A DNA stretch of 64,000 bases, taken from the NCBI RefSeq assembly GCF_006345805.1, contig NC_042998.1:165850001-165914000 (forward strand), written 5' to 3'. The notes under the pieces were generated by a model. It was not told the origin of the DNA. It made no database searches and saw nothing but the letters and a program-made list of their open reading frames with translations. The position numbers and the translations under genes are program-made. The DNA comes from Octopus sinensis. Its lineage: Eukaryota. Shown here one piece after another: positions 25,629 through 39,717 of the stretch; within the stretch, counting starts at the first letter, position 1; every line of letters begins with the position of its first letter.

Positions 25629-25763
25629 TTTAAAAAGTTAAGTGTAATAAAAAAAGTTCATAATTGTTTCTTACTGGTCTCAACAGAATCCATGTGGTCG
25701 TTTTTTGTGGGGAGTAAGCATAATAGCTGTCTTATGTGTTTGAATAAAATTAAGGAAATGACC

Positions 25764-25815
<52 letters not shown>

Positions 25816-28605
25816 TTATATATGTATATACTGTGACTTCAAAGCAGGCTAAAACTTCAAAGTTTCAGCCAGCTTCAAAGTCACTATCAATAATATTCTT
25901 GTTAAAGAATGATATATATATATGCATACACACACATGCATGCATGCACACACATGCACACACACGTGCGCACACATGCACACACACACAATACGTGTCT
26001 TTCAGCTACCTTCTACCAAATCTATCTACAAGGCTTTGGTTGGTCTAGGACTATAGAAGACATTTGCCCAAGGTGCTGTACAGTGGGACTGGACTGAAGA
26101 CTACATAGTTGAGAAGCAACCTTCTTAAACACACATCCACACCTGCACCTATTGATATTCAACTGATATTCTTCTGAGAATATCGGTGGGACATATCTTT
26201 TAAATTGTAGAGTGGAAATATCTGAAGGAATAAGATACAGGTCATGAATTCATATTGGTAACAGGTGTTGCTTCTTTTTATATCTCTCAACAGGATATCT
26301 ACTAATTCTATTTGCTTCAGTTAACCTACACATGAAGAACAGATAACAGGTCTTCTGGGAGACTTATATCCCATCTGTTTAATGCAACAAAAAACAATTA
26401 CACATCAGTCAAATAACCTGCTGCAATTTGAACCAACAAAATATTCAAGTCTATGTAGTCATTCAATTTACCAGAATTAGTAGACAAATCTCCTTCAAAT
26501 CACACAATAATGTCCCAGAAAATAAAGACATTAGCATCATCATCATCATCATTTAACACCTTCCTTCCATGCTGGCATGGGTTGGGTGGTTTGACAGGAG
26601 CTGGCAGGGCAGAAGCCTGTACCATACTTCTGTGTCTGTTTTGGCATTAACACCAACCACCCTGCAGAATGAACTGAATGCTTTCTACGTGGCACCAGCA
26701 CGGGCAAGGTGTGTTTTGACATGGGTTTTTACAGCTGGATGCCCTTCCAAATGCCAACCACTTTACAGTGTGGACCGGATGCTTTTTAAGCAGCACCAGC
26801 ACTGGCAGGGTCACCAAGTAACTTTGCAAACAAGGAATCTTTGAGAGGGGAGGGGACATTGGAGGAGGTGATCTTGTCTCAGATGGTGAACAGTTAGAGT
26901 GTGACACAGAGACAGAGTGACAGAAACAGGTGTCTTGCTGTAGAGGAGTTACATGATTACTCAGCCAGAGAGAGAGAGAGTGAAAGAAAGAGATAGAGAG
27001 GGAAAGAAAGAAAGAGAGAGGGAGAGACAGTTAACAAGAAAGAGGGCAGGAATAGGTGTCAATGCTCTATACATAGGAAAACAGAGGATACATTTGATTG
27101 GAAAACTTTTGGTTATAGTTCTGATTAACTGAAGCTATGAGTATTATCCAACCATCTTGCTCGTGGTCTACTCTTTGGTCTCTTGCCAATTGTCTCAGCT
27201 TGAAGAATTTGCTTTAAATCCTTTCCTCTGACATTCTAACCACATATCCACTGTACCAGAGCTGTAACCTCTCATTACATAGCCTACAAAATTACTTTCC
27301 TTTTTATTCTTTACAAATCACATTATTCTGTCACATTGTTTTGAATTAATCAAGCATTATCTTGTAGCTTTTAGATTTTGTTGATGCAACTATTAATTTT
27401 TTAGAATGATATTGTAGGAGTGTGAGAAACCAGATCTGACCAGTTTGAACATAAAATAAGTTGGATATTTTGGCAGGACATGGCCAGATATGCTAAAGAG
27501 TTAAAATTATTTAAAGCAACTCTAATAATATAAACATTATTGAGGTCACATTTTAAGCAATTCTAATACTGTAAACATCAATGTCACATTCTTACTGTAT
27601 GAATTTTGTTTATGCGCTCATTTACTGCAAGATAGCATCAGAGGGAAAAGTCCCTTTAAGATGCTGAGTGTTAAAAAACATTGACTACTTCAAACCAAGT
27701 GAAACAACTCACTCAATAGGTGAATGAGAATGATGGGTATCAATATTTTACTGTACTTGCAGCTCATTGGCTATGTGCACTTGAGTCACCTTCTCTTCAA
27801 TCTTCTTTTTTTTTTCATGGCATCATCCCTGATTTAATAGTTGCTTATAGGCAATTCTTTTGATTAAGTAACAAATTTTTTATTCCCACTTAAATGTGGA
27901 TATTCTGTTAGAACAAACTACACTACGGTAGTGAAAAAAAAAACATGCGAAAAACTCTCATATTAGCTTCTGGTGCAAAATGCATTCTTGTTTATATTGC
28001 TAGTGGGGAGATAAATCTCCATGATCTCCAGTGCCCAGACCACCAGATCACATAATTTCGACCTCCCTTGGTCTTGTCAATGCTGGACACTCAACCACTA
28101 GAGATAGCAGCAATTCATCTCACCACCAAAGATATATAGAATAACAGTGCCAAAACAGGCACTGGGGTCTCGCATATTGGTTTGGTTTTCGCACCAAAAA
28201 CCCATATAAGAGTTTTTCTCATAGTAACTACCACAGTATAGTTTGTTCTACCAGCTTATCCTTTTGAGGGTTGATAAGTGCAAGTTGAGCACTGGGATCA
28301 ATGTAATCAGATAGTCCCAACTCACAAATATTGGGCCTTGTGTCTATAGTAGAAAGAGTTATTTACACTAATGTATTTGCTACTTGTATTTCATTTAATT
28401 ATTTAAGTGAATTTTATATTTGTTTAATTTAGAGTGTGTTAATCAAGATGACAAATCTTGATTTGGAAAAGTCAGTCATCTGGAAAGGCTTTTTAACCAA
28501 AGGTTCTGGAAAATTGATGCTGTAGCTATATATCTATATACATGTGTATGTGTGTGTGTGTGTGCATGCGTGCATGTGTGTGTGTGTGAGTGTGTGTGTG
28601 TGTGT

Positions 28606-28657
<52 letters not shown>

Positions 28658-30060
28658 ATGTCCTTGTCTTGACAATGCTTGTTAGTTGTAAAATGAGCAT
28701 CACTGTCATACAAACGATGTCCTTCATTTCCAATCTTCCCTAAAAATATGTCTGGCCACAAGGAAAGATTACCTTGCTAGGAAAATATGTGAGGGTTAGC
28801 AACAGGAAGGGCATCTAAATGTAGAAAATCTGCTTCAACAAAATCCATCTGACTCATGCAAGCATGGAAACATTAATGTTAAAATGGTGATGATAATGAT
28901 GATGTTCATGTAGGGAGTTTGAAGGGGGTAGGGAATTTGATGGTTATCTTTCATCTTTTATCTTTTACTTGTCTCAGTCCCCGCATCCCCTTGTCCCAGT
29001 ATCACCTTGAAGAATTTTTAGTTGAATGAATTGACCCAAGGACTATTTATTTTTAAGCCTGGTACTTATTTTATTGATGTCTTTTTGCCAAATCATTAAT
29101 TTATGGGGATGTAAACACACCAACACTGATTGTCATGCAGTAGTGGGGAATAAACACAGACACAAAGACACACACACACACACACATATGACAGGCTTCT
29201 TTCAGTTTCCATTGACCAAATCCACTCACAAGGTTTTGGTTGGCCTGAAGCTATAGTAGGAGACACTTGCCTTAGGTGCCATGCAGTGGGACTGAACCCA
29301 GAACCATATAGTTGGGAAGCAAGCTTATTATCACACAGTTATGCCTAATGAAAATTAAGCAACTGTGTGGAAAACTCGCAATGAATCATTAGTTTGATAA
29401 TATGCTGATTCATTTGAAGTTGTGAACATAGCTGCCATCAGTCAGTTCATGCAACCTAATTAGTAAGAAATATAACCAATGCTACCTCTACCTGGAATTT
29501 TATTTTTAGCATTTCTGTTACCCAATTACAGAGTTCTTTGACCTTCTCATTTTTCATCTGTTAATGGCTGCACAGTAATGTCATCTCAAAATAGATTCCT
29601 TTTAACTCATTTACCTGCCTTGTTTACCCCTAAAGATATGTCTCTATGTTGTGTTTTGTTGTCAAAAATACTCTGTGTTTTATATAGTCATTCCACTGTC
29701 TTTTCAAAAAGTTGTTTCATGTATCTGATCCAACAGATTAAAACCATTCTACTCATTATCTTAAACAAATTTGAAAAATTGAAAAATAAATTAGTTTCTT
29801 CAGAATATCTATTTGACTCTTGTCTTTTTTCTTTTATCTTTTACTTACTTCAGTCATTGGACTACAGCCATACTGGGGCACTATCTTGAAGGATTCAGTA
29901 AAAAAAATTGACTTATTTTTAAGCCTGACACTTATTCTGTCAATATCTTTTGCCAAACTGCTAAGCTATAAGAACATGAAGAAACAAACACCAGTTGTCA
30001 GGTAGTGGTGGGGGACAAACCTAAAGACAAAGACATACACACACACACATGCATGCATTT

Positions 30061-30096
<36 letters not shown>

Positions 30097-30099
<3 letters not shown>

Positions 30100-30760
30100 G
30101 GAAGACATGGGATGAAGTGATGAAGCATGGTCTTTGAATGTTGGGCCTCATGGAGGCAATGACTGGTGACCAAAACCTTTGGCGATACGCTGTGCTTGAG
30201 AAGGCCCATCAAACCAAGTGAAACCATAGCTGTGGCCGATGCTAGCTTCACACAACTGGCACTCATGCTGGTAGCACATAAAAAGCACCTTTTGAGCATT
30301 GAGCCTCACAAAGACAATGTGGCTGATGTTAGTGTTGCATAACTAGCACCTGTGCTGGTGGCACACATGCAGCACCTTTTGAGCGTTGGGCCTCATGGAG
30401 GCAATGACAAATGACTGAGACCTTTGGCATTATGCTGTGCTTGAGTAGAAGCCCCATCAAACCAAGTGAAATCATAGTCGTGGCAGATACTGGTGTTATG
30501 CAACTGGCACCCATGCCAGTAGCACATAAAAGCACCAATTACACACTTGGAATGGTTGGTGTTAGGAAGGCCATAGAAACCATGCCAAATCAGACTGGAG
30601 TCTAGTGCAGCCCCTCAGCTTACCAGCCCTGGTCAAACTGTCCAATCCATGCCAGCATGGACAACAGATATTAAATGACGATAATGATGATGATGGTGAT
30701 GATGATGATGATGATGACGACGACGATGATGACAATGACAACAGGGTTGATGATGATGAA
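30097..30760 (+). mobile_element. RTE LINE 3' end with internal duplication
   Basis: RKTWDEVMKHGL*MLGLMEAMTGDQNLWRYAVLEK C-terminus, repeated near 30380-30470; 3' UTR and (GAT)n tail. Confidence 0.8.
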
Positions 30761-31019
30761 GTGCGTGTGTGTGTATAAACCATAAAAGTTAGGAGATATG
30801 AGGTGAATATATTTATTTACCTATTTAATATCCTTAGGATTACACCCATTTTGCAGCCTTCTTCATGTACTAATAATTTCAGTGTATAATAAATTATATT
30901 TACATGTCTGCATTAATGTGCATACTGCACATTATACAATACAATTGTATTGTTGTTGGCATCCTTTTGTCTCAGGAGACAATGGAGTTCTGCATAAACT
31001 AATTCAGTCTGATTTTTAC

Positions 31020-31330
31020 ATTTCATGTCCTCTCCAGTTTTGCTAGATGTAACAAAATCCTAGGTAGCCCAATCGTCAGGATTCCTCTCTTGACCTTGCT
31101 AATGCAGTCCAAAGGAGTGTAGAGCATTACATTTGGCACCAGCTTGGTTGCAGGAACTGCCGGAAGTTTTTCGAGTCGAACATTAAACCACCTACGGGGC
31201 TCCACTCCAGATTTCTTTGAAGGATGTCTCCTTTCCCTAACACTGGATAGGGGCCCATACTGGGTACTGTCAGCCGGAGCCAACTGAGCCCAGGACTCGT
31301 GTCAGGCAGGATCATCACTCCCTGATGTAG
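31020..31330 (-). mobile_element. Probable RTE 5' region fragment
   Basis: ggagtggagccccgtaggtgg...cagttcctgcaaccaagctggtgccaaatgtaatgctc resembles RTE-1 5' regions (from memory). Confidence 0.45.
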
Positions 31331-31671
31331 TGAAGTATATACAATTGTATATACACAAAGCAATGCAAATAAAGAAAGCTAGCTAATCAGATCATCAGAA
31401 CATCATGATTACTCCAATAATTCAATATATGACAGGCTTCTTTTAGTTTCTGTGTAGCAAATCCATACACAAGGCTTTGGGTGGCCTAAGGCTACAGTAG
31501 AAGACACTTACCCATGGTGCCATGCTGTGGGATTGAACTTAAACCCATGTCATTGTGAAGCAAACTTCTTACCACACAGCCACACCTGCACCTATGTCTT
31601 AAAATTATTTCATTTTTAATTTAATTTTGTAAAACTGTATAAATATTCCAAATGAGAATTTGGTTTATTAA

Positions 31672-31891
31672 ACCTTTAGCATTTAAACTGGCCATACCCA
31701 GCCAAATATTCTACCTGTTTTTATGCTCAAACCAACCAGATTTGGCCTCTCACACCTACCCTACAATGTCATTCTAAAAATATACAATCACGTCATTGGA
31801 ATCTCACAGCTATGAAATAATGCATGATTAATTCAAAACAATGTGAATAAATAAGCATAACATTTGACAGAGTAACCTGAATACTAAAGGG
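31672..31891. mobile_element. piggyBac-type MITE, family 1 (220 bp)
   Basis: TTAA flanks; TIR (c)cctttagcatt / aatactaaaggg. Homologues at about 27310-27505 and 62275-62494. Confidence 0.8.
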
Positions 31892-33102
31892 TTAACCGAT
31901 AAATGAAAAATTCATTTATAATCAGAAATTTTTTTAAAGAAAATAAATTTTAAATGCCTTTAGTACAAAAGAATTTTCTGATAAAATGTTTTTTTTTTAT
32001 TTTGCTTTGTTTGCATTTTTTAAATGCCAAATGCTTTTGAAATGTCTTCTTTAAACAAAAACATTTTTAGTATAGATTACTTTTTCAATTACAGTTTAAT
32101 AATCCAAATTCTACAGTAAATATTAAAATATCTGTTACAAATTTTGGCACAAGGCCAGCAATTTTGAGGGAAGAGGTAAGTTTATTACATTCACCCCAGG
32201 GCTCAACTGGCACTTATTTTATCTACCCTGAAAGGATGAAAGGTAAAGTGGACCTTGGTGGAATTCAAACTCAGAACAAGAAAATGAATGAAATACTGCA
32301 AAACTTTTTGCCCGGTGTGCTAATGATTCTTTCAGCTCACCACCTTAGACATCAAAATAATATCATCATCATCATTATTATGTGCTGGTGCCACATAAAA
32401 AGCACACAGTACACTCTGTAAAATGGTTGGCATTAGAAAGGGCAGATATATAAACCAAGTCAAAGCAGATAATGGAACCTGATGCAGCTCTCTGGCTTGC
32501 CATTTCCTGTCAAACTGTCCAACCTATGACAGTATGAAAGACGGATGTAACATGATGATGATGATGATGATGATGGTCATCATCATCATCTTATCATATG
32601 CTTTACATGCTTGTTGAGGCAGATTTTCTATGCCCTTATGCCCTTCTTGTCATCAACCTACCTCTGTTTCCAAGCAAAGTAATGATTCCCCAAAGCCAGA
32701 TATGTTTTTGAAGAATATTGAAAATCACTGACACCACTTCTATGACTGTGGTACTCATTTACAACAGTTGTGCAATGCTAAAACAAGGAGACACAAAGAT
32801 GCACACATGTACACACACACACACACAAACACACTGACACACACACACACACACACACATGCATGCGCGCGCACACACACAAGCACAACAGGCTTCTATG
32901 CAGTTTCAATCTACCAAATCCACTCACAAGGCTTTGGTCAACATGGGACAATAGTTGAAGAGGGATTGAACCCAAAACCATGTATTTGGGAAATAAACTT
33001 CCAATATTTCATCTATTTTCATTTATTTATTTATTTTTATTGTTCATTAATATTTTAATACTGAAGAATTTCTGATAAAGTTTTATCATGGTTACTGACA
33101 TA

Positions 33103-34240
33103 CAAGGAGTGTTCATTAAAGATTCCCCTGACTCACTTCTCAAGGACTGGGATAAATTAAACTTGGCATAATTATTAACCCTTCTCTACATAGCCACCAC
33201 CAATGTGACAACTTTTCCCATTGCTTTATGCAGCTGTGAAGGCCTCATCTGTAGAAATCAGTAGGTTGTGACTGGAGCCAAGACTTTACTTCAGAAATAA
33301 GCTCATCATCATCTGAAAAGTGGTTCCCTTTCAAAAAAGACTTCATGGTTGGAAAGAGATGAAAGTCAAATGGTGCAAGGTCAGAAGAAAAAGTGGGATG
33401 AGGAAGGATTTCATAGCTGCAGGAGTATGCTTTCATCTGGGCAAAATGTGCATTGTGAACAGGAGTGTTGTCTTGGAGGAGGTGCACTCTTTTGATCAGC
33501 ATGCCCTGCCTCTCTGTTTTGATGGCATCCCACATTTTCTGCAGCAGAGAACCATAATAATAGAAGCATAATTATGGTGCCTTTTGCCAGAAAATCCATC
33601 ATCACTACTCCACACAGGTCCCAAAAAACTGTGCGCATTACCTTGCCTGATGAGGGCTGGACACAAGTTTTCTTTGGAGGTCGTGAGTCATCATGCTTCC
33701 ATTGCTTTGACTGGACTTTAGTCTCAGAACCATAGTGATGGACCCATCTTTCATCTTGTGTGAAAAGTCTGCTGAAAAAATCCTTCTCATTTTCTTGGCA
33801 CATTGCCAAAAGAGCCTGGGAGAAACTGACTCGTTCCTGCTTCTCAAAAGATGTGAGCATCTAATGAATGATTTTTTCCACAGACCCTACACTTATCTTC
33901 ACTTCTTGGACTAGTCACTGAATAGTTATGTGGTGATTCTCCAAAATGGCAGCTTTTATTTTATGGATGTTGTCATCAATGGCGGAATGTGGTTGTCCAG
34001 GAATAGGAGCATTTGAACTGGTGATGCCAGTGCTTGACTACATCATATGATGTGCATCATCACTATAAACTTCTTTCATCTCATTGAAAGAGCTGGAGGA
34101 AGGAGAGACTGTCGGAGGTTGGCGAGAGTTGTTGGAGGTTGGCAAGAGAGGTGAAAAAAGCACTGTTGAAATGTTAAGTGAAATTTGGCAATCGAGGATC
34201 AAATCCATGCTATGCCTACATGAAGCCACTACAAATACGT
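33103..34240 (-). mobile_element. Mariner (DD34D) transposon, degenerate
   Basis: LFTQDERWVHHY, QSKQW, SSGKVMRTVFWD, LLQDNTPVH...LPHPTFSSDLAPFDFHLF (34 residues between D and D). One end TA-caaggagtgttcatt; the other end is not resolved. Confidence 0.9.
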
Positions 34241-34916
34241 TGTAGAAGAAAATATTTATCTACTGTCACGGAGAAAGTATAAGTATAAAACTGCAGAATT
34301 ATCGGAGTATGGGTATTCAAAAAAGTATGTATATATAGAAATGCATGAATGAAGAGATTCGAATTAAGGAAATGCAATAATAATGTTTAGCTGTTCAAAA
34401 CTGTGAGTAGTGAAATGCAGAATTAAGTCGGCTGATCATGAGAATCAAATATTGATCGCTTCGTTAAGAACTGCAGGTGGTATGGGTTATTTCCCTTGGG
34501 TTGTTTAAATAAAATATTAGTAATATGTAGTAGATAGGAGGATCCATTGGATGTGCCTTATTATCGATTTTTTCAACAATCTAAGTATGTCGTGAGGTTT
34601 CCAGACATGAGTTCTACTCACGTGTCAAATAAAGTAAAAAAGTGATATTGTCTGCAAAAATTCGAAATAAGACACAAAAAATCAATATTCAAAGTAATCA
34701 AACATAAACAATGAAATGGGTTATTTCCCTTGGGTGTTTAAAAAAATTACTTATATGAGGTATATATAAAGGTCCCTTCCAGGGGCTGTATTATCGTGTG
34801 TGTTTTTCAACAATCTAAGTATATCACAAGGTTTCCAGGCATAATAATCCTTTCTATTATAAGCACAATACCACTAAGCACTTTGTTTGGTGTGCTAATA
34901 ATTCTGCCTGTTCACC

Positions 34917-34934
34917 ACAATAATAATAATAATG

Positions 34935-34983
<49 letters not shown>

Positions 34984-34986
34984 TAA
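34917..34986. repeat. (AAT)n microsatellite
   Basis: Seen directly. Confidence 0.97.
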
Positions 34987-35651
34987 TAAAGTTCAGTGTT
35001 TAGAGGTATCCATTCCAAATTTCAATATCATTAGCTGTGGAAAGCAGTTTTATACACCAGTTTAGTTTTGTGAAGGAATATCATGTTTGAAATTCTTTTC
35101 TGTTGGGATATGTCAAGTTTATTGAAGTAATGTCACTTGCAGAAAATAGCACGTTTTTTTTGGGTGGGGGGGCGGTTAATTAACATTAGTACTGGAATAA
35201 CCATGAATTTTAATTTTACAGTTATAGGGCGAAAAGGAAATGCCAAGTAAATTGTGAACAAAAATACATATCTACCTCATTGTTCTGAAGTGGGATTGTA
35301 TGTTGTTGGGTGGATTTCTAGCAGCATGGATTAAATGGTTTTTGTTGAATTATGCATTTGCATTTTCTATGAGCAGTTATTTTTCTAACTAGATGTTTAT
35401 TCTAGGGGAAAAAAAACAAAAATTGTCTGTTACTTCAGTTCTCCAATCTTCAAACTGAGATATTGTAGTGAAGCACTAAGAGGTTACTTGATCTGCTAGA
35501 AATATCAACCAAATCTCCTTCAAATCACAATTTACTTTTTTTTTTGGTTTTGAAAAGGGGACATTGATTTGATGTAGCTTAAATACACTAAATAGACAGA
35601 ATGGGTTTGTCATAGCTGGAATGTTTTGATACAAACATTAGACTTCCTCAA

Positions 35652-36535
35652 ATGCTCGGGGGATTATTAGAAGTTGTAGATAGCTTATGTTACCTAGGTG
35701 ACCAAGTTAGCAGTGGAGGAGGAAGTTCTGAAAGGGTAGTTACTAGAATAAGAATGGGCTGGGCAAAGTTCAGAGAGCTTCTACCTTTGTTGGTAACTAA
35801 GGGCTTTTCTCTGAGAGTGAAAGGAAGATTATATGACACCTGTGTATGTACAGCTATGCTACATGACAGTGAAATATGGCTTATGATTACAGAGGACATG
35901 CAAAGGCTTAAAAGAAATGAAACCAGCATGTTCTGCTGGATGGATAATATCAGTGTGCACATACAACACAGTGAAAATGATTTAAGAGGAAAACTGAGTA
36001 TAAGAGGCATTAGATGTTGTGCACAAGAGAGATGACTGTGCTTGTTTAGTCATGTGATGCCTATAGATGAGGACAGCTGTGTAAAGAAGTACTGAGGTCA
36101 AATTGTAGAGGGTATTTGTGAATGAGTCAGACCCGGGAAGACATGTAACAAAATGATCTTCAGATGCTGGGCCTCAGTGAGGAAATGACAAGAACCCAGG
36201 AGTTGTGGCAGTTTGCTGTACTTGAGAAGACATGACAAGCTAAGTAAAATCACAGCCATCCATACATACAGGTGTATCCTTTGTAGGTGCCAGTGCCACG
36301 TTAAATGCACTCATGCTGGTGCCACATAAAATGCACTTGAGCTGGTGCTATGTAGATGCAGCCATGCCAGTGGTACATAAAAGGCACCCAACACACTTTG
36401 TAAAGTGGTTGGCATTAGGAAGGGCATCCATGCCAAAACAGACAATTGGAGTCTGGACAGCTATCCAGCTGGCCAACTCCTGTCAAGCCATCCAACCCTT
36501 TGCCAGCATGGAAAACAGACTTTAAACGATGATGA
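35652..36535 (+). pseudogene. RTE LINE 3' fragment: RT C-terminal region plus 3' UTR
   Basis: LEVVDSLCYLGDQVSSGGG..RIRMGWAKFRELLPLL..KGRLYDTCV..MLHDSEIW; UTR with gtggttggcattaggaagggcatcc; tail aaacgatgatg. Confidence 0.9.
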
Positions 36536-37069
36536 AGAGAAGGAGATGTACACACACACACTAACGCGTGCACATGCGCAGATATAGGTGTCACACAGTG
36601 GGACGAAACCCCAAACTATGTGGTTGAGAAGCAAGCTTCTTACCACACAACCAAGCCTGTTTATTTTGTATTCCAAGCTTTAGGCTTCTCAGAGTAAAAG
36701 GGAGCGCCATTCTATGAGGCCCCACAAGCTTAGTTCATACATAAATTTGGATCTGTGTATGTAATTTATCTTTTATCTTTTACTTGTTTCAGTCATTAGA
36801 TTGTGGCCATGCTGCAGGACTGCCTCAAAAAACACCATGTGGAAGCCATATTATACGAAGAGGCTGGTGCCTTAAGTCTGCACCGTAGACTGCTCATCAT
36901 TGTTATTGAAGACAATCATTAAAGTACAACTATATTAAATTCTATAGAGGTTTCAAATATTCTTAAGATGTCTTACAAGATTAAAATAACGAGTGATTAT
37001 CAATCAAGTACTTACTTATAGATTTTGATAATGTTCGATGGTCACCAGTAAGTATTTAGATTGATCTGA

Positions 37070-37234
37070 GGTGTAGGAGTGACTGTGTGGTAAGTAGCTT
37101 GCTTACAAACCACATGGTTCCGGGTTCAGACCCACTGCATGGAACCTTGGGCTAGTGTCTTCTAGTATAGCCTCAGGCCGACCAAAGCCTTGTGAGTGGA
37201 TTTGGTAGACAGAAACTGAAAGAAGCCCATCGTA

Positions 37235-37314
<80 letters not shown>

Positions 37315-37522
37315 TCGTGTCTGTGTTTGTCCCCCCCACATCGCTTGACAACCGATGGTGGTGTGTTTACGACCCCGTAACTTAGCGGTTCGGCAAAAGA
37401 GACCGATAGGATAAGTACTAGGCTTACAAAGAATAAGTCCTGGGGTCGATTTGCTCGACTAAAAGGCGGTGCTCCAGCATTGCCACAGTCAAATGACTGA
37501 AACAAGTAAAAGAGTAAAAGAG
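37070..37522 (+). mobile_element. CORE-type SINE family A, full length, young
   Basis: Complete head, CORE block, (TA)n, tail gagtaaaagag; CpGs retained. Confidence 0.9.
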
Positions 37523-37984
37523 AAATTAAGACTGTGGCAGTTGTCTCCCTTACATTACCAGACTCGGTTTAATATTGTTTTAATCTTCTGGAAGGAGTAG
37601 TTTACCTTTATAATAATAACAGTTCACAGCAAATTTTCATAATGCGGAGGAGAGAAAAATTCATAAATATAGGGGCTTGACCAGCTGCTATCTATTTGTG
37701 CCGGTCGCCGTCCAGGCATCGGGTAAGGTATTCTTGGACCTCCGTACTACCGATATTCTCGGCAAAGAAGGTAAAACGGTAGCCTGTCAGAGAAATTATC
37801 CCCGCGAGGTGGAGTGACTACTATAACGAGTACCGCTGGCCATTCTCGACAGCAACGCTATCACGATCATTATTGTGGGGCGTGTCTGAGCACACCATTT
37901 GTTCTAGGGTACGTGTCCCATCACCTCCTCCCGCTTCATCTTACCCACTCACATCTTTTATTTTCTTTTCTTTCTTTTCGTGTC

Positions 37985-38413
37985 GTGTAACTGGCACGTA
38001 AAAAGCGCCTTTCGAACGTTGGGCGATATGCTGTGCGTAAGAAGATCCGTCAAGTAAAGGGAAATCGTAGTTGTAACCGATGCTTGTATTACATACCTGG
38101 CACCCATGTCGGTGGCATGTAAAAAGCATGCTTCGAACTTTGGGTGGCACGGAGGCAGTGACAAGTGACCAAGACCTTTGACAATATACCATACTTGAGA
38201 AGACATGTCAAACCTAGTGAGATCGTAGTTGTGGCCGATGTTGGTGTTACATAACAGGCACCTATGCCGATGGCACATAAAAAGCACCCACTACACTCTT
38301 GGACTGGTTGGCATTAGGAAGGACATCCTGTTGTAGAACCCAGTGCAGCTCCCCAGCTTACAATACAAGTATTCAGTCAAACACATGCCAGCATGGAAAA
38401 CGGATGTTAAATT

Positions 38414-38452
<39 letters not shown>
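37985..38452 (+). mobile_element. RTE LINE 3' end
   Basis: Same C-terminal and UTR blocks as 30097-30760; (GAT)n tail. Confidence 0.75.
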
Positions 38453-38453
<1 letters not shown>

Positions 38454-38739
38454 CCTTTCTTTCCTGTTTCTTTGTGTTCGAATGTTCTAATAAAGTTAGA
38501 AATAGACATAAAGGGACAAGCTGGTAGAATCGTTACAGCACCAGATAAAATGCTTAGCAGTATTTCATCTGCCTTTACATTCTAAGTTCCAATTCCACCA
38601 AGGTTGACTTTGTCGCTCATGCTTTCAAGGTCAATAAGCTAATTACCAGTCAAGCACTGGAGTCAGTATAACCGACTATCCCCCAAAACTGCCTGTTTTA
38701 AAGGGATCTAAACTAAAGCCTTTCATCGAAATTTCATAC

Positions 38740-39130
38740 TCTTTTACTTGATTCAGTCATTTGACTGTGGCCATGCTGGAGCACCGCCTTTAGTGAAGCA
38801 AATCGACCCCAGGACTTATTCTTTGTAAGCCTAGTACTTATTTTATCAGTCTCTTTTCCCGAACTGCTAAGTTACGGGGACGTAAACACACCACCATCGG
38901 TTGTCAAGCAATGTTGGGGAACAAACACAGACACACAAACATATACACACACATACATACATATATACGATGGACTTCTTTCAGTTTCCATCTACCAAAT
39001 CCACTCACAAGGCTTTGGTCAGCCCAAGGCTATAGTAGAAGACACTTGCCCAAGGTGCCACGCAGTGGGACTGAACCCGGAACCATGTGGTTGGTAAACA
39101 AGCTACTTACCACACAGCCACTTCTGCGCC
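38740..39130 (-). mobile_element. CORE-type SINE family A, full length
   Basis: Collinear with the reverse complement of 37070-37522. Confidence 0.9.
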
Positions 39131-39717
39131 TATAGCTACTTTATTTCATTTAATTTGCCACAAGGGCAGTAGCGCCTATAGCTACTTACCTCACAGCCAC
39201 TCCTGCGCCTTTCATATTAATTTATGTTCCAAACACTAGCTTAATAATAACAAGGTTATTTTGTTTCTAAGTTCTTTATCATTTTTTAAATTAATTGAAA
39301 CACTGACAGTGTATTTCAACAGAAATATTGTAACAAAAGGTTAATATAGAGTCTTTTCACCCGTGCAAAGCTTCATATTAATAGTGAAAGAATGTTTAAA
39401 TGAGATTCAGGGAATTCAAGGGAATTTCCACTGTGAAGGAAATAGCTCCAGTAAGAGATTTAAACATGGTCATATCTCTCAAGAACTTCATGACATTCAT
39501 TACAAACTGAATATTAATTTCTTGTAACTAGATTTGTTGTTAAAGATTTATGGGAGAGAAGAAATGGGATATTGTAATATACATGCCTTGCCTAAGATCA
39601 TTAAGAATGAAAGTGAATAAAATAGTTTTTATCTAGAAATCAAAATCAGATCACAGCCTTGGCTTGCCAGATGCTTACATCATAATTATGATAAATTCTT
39701 ACAAGCATATATATATA

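Noticed and set aside
29615-29724. Minus-strand exon-like segment with a single in-frame TGA (selenocysteine or A-to-I stop recoding idea)
   Set aside because: No homology, no SECIS or editing structure identified; one stop in 36 codons is expected by chance.
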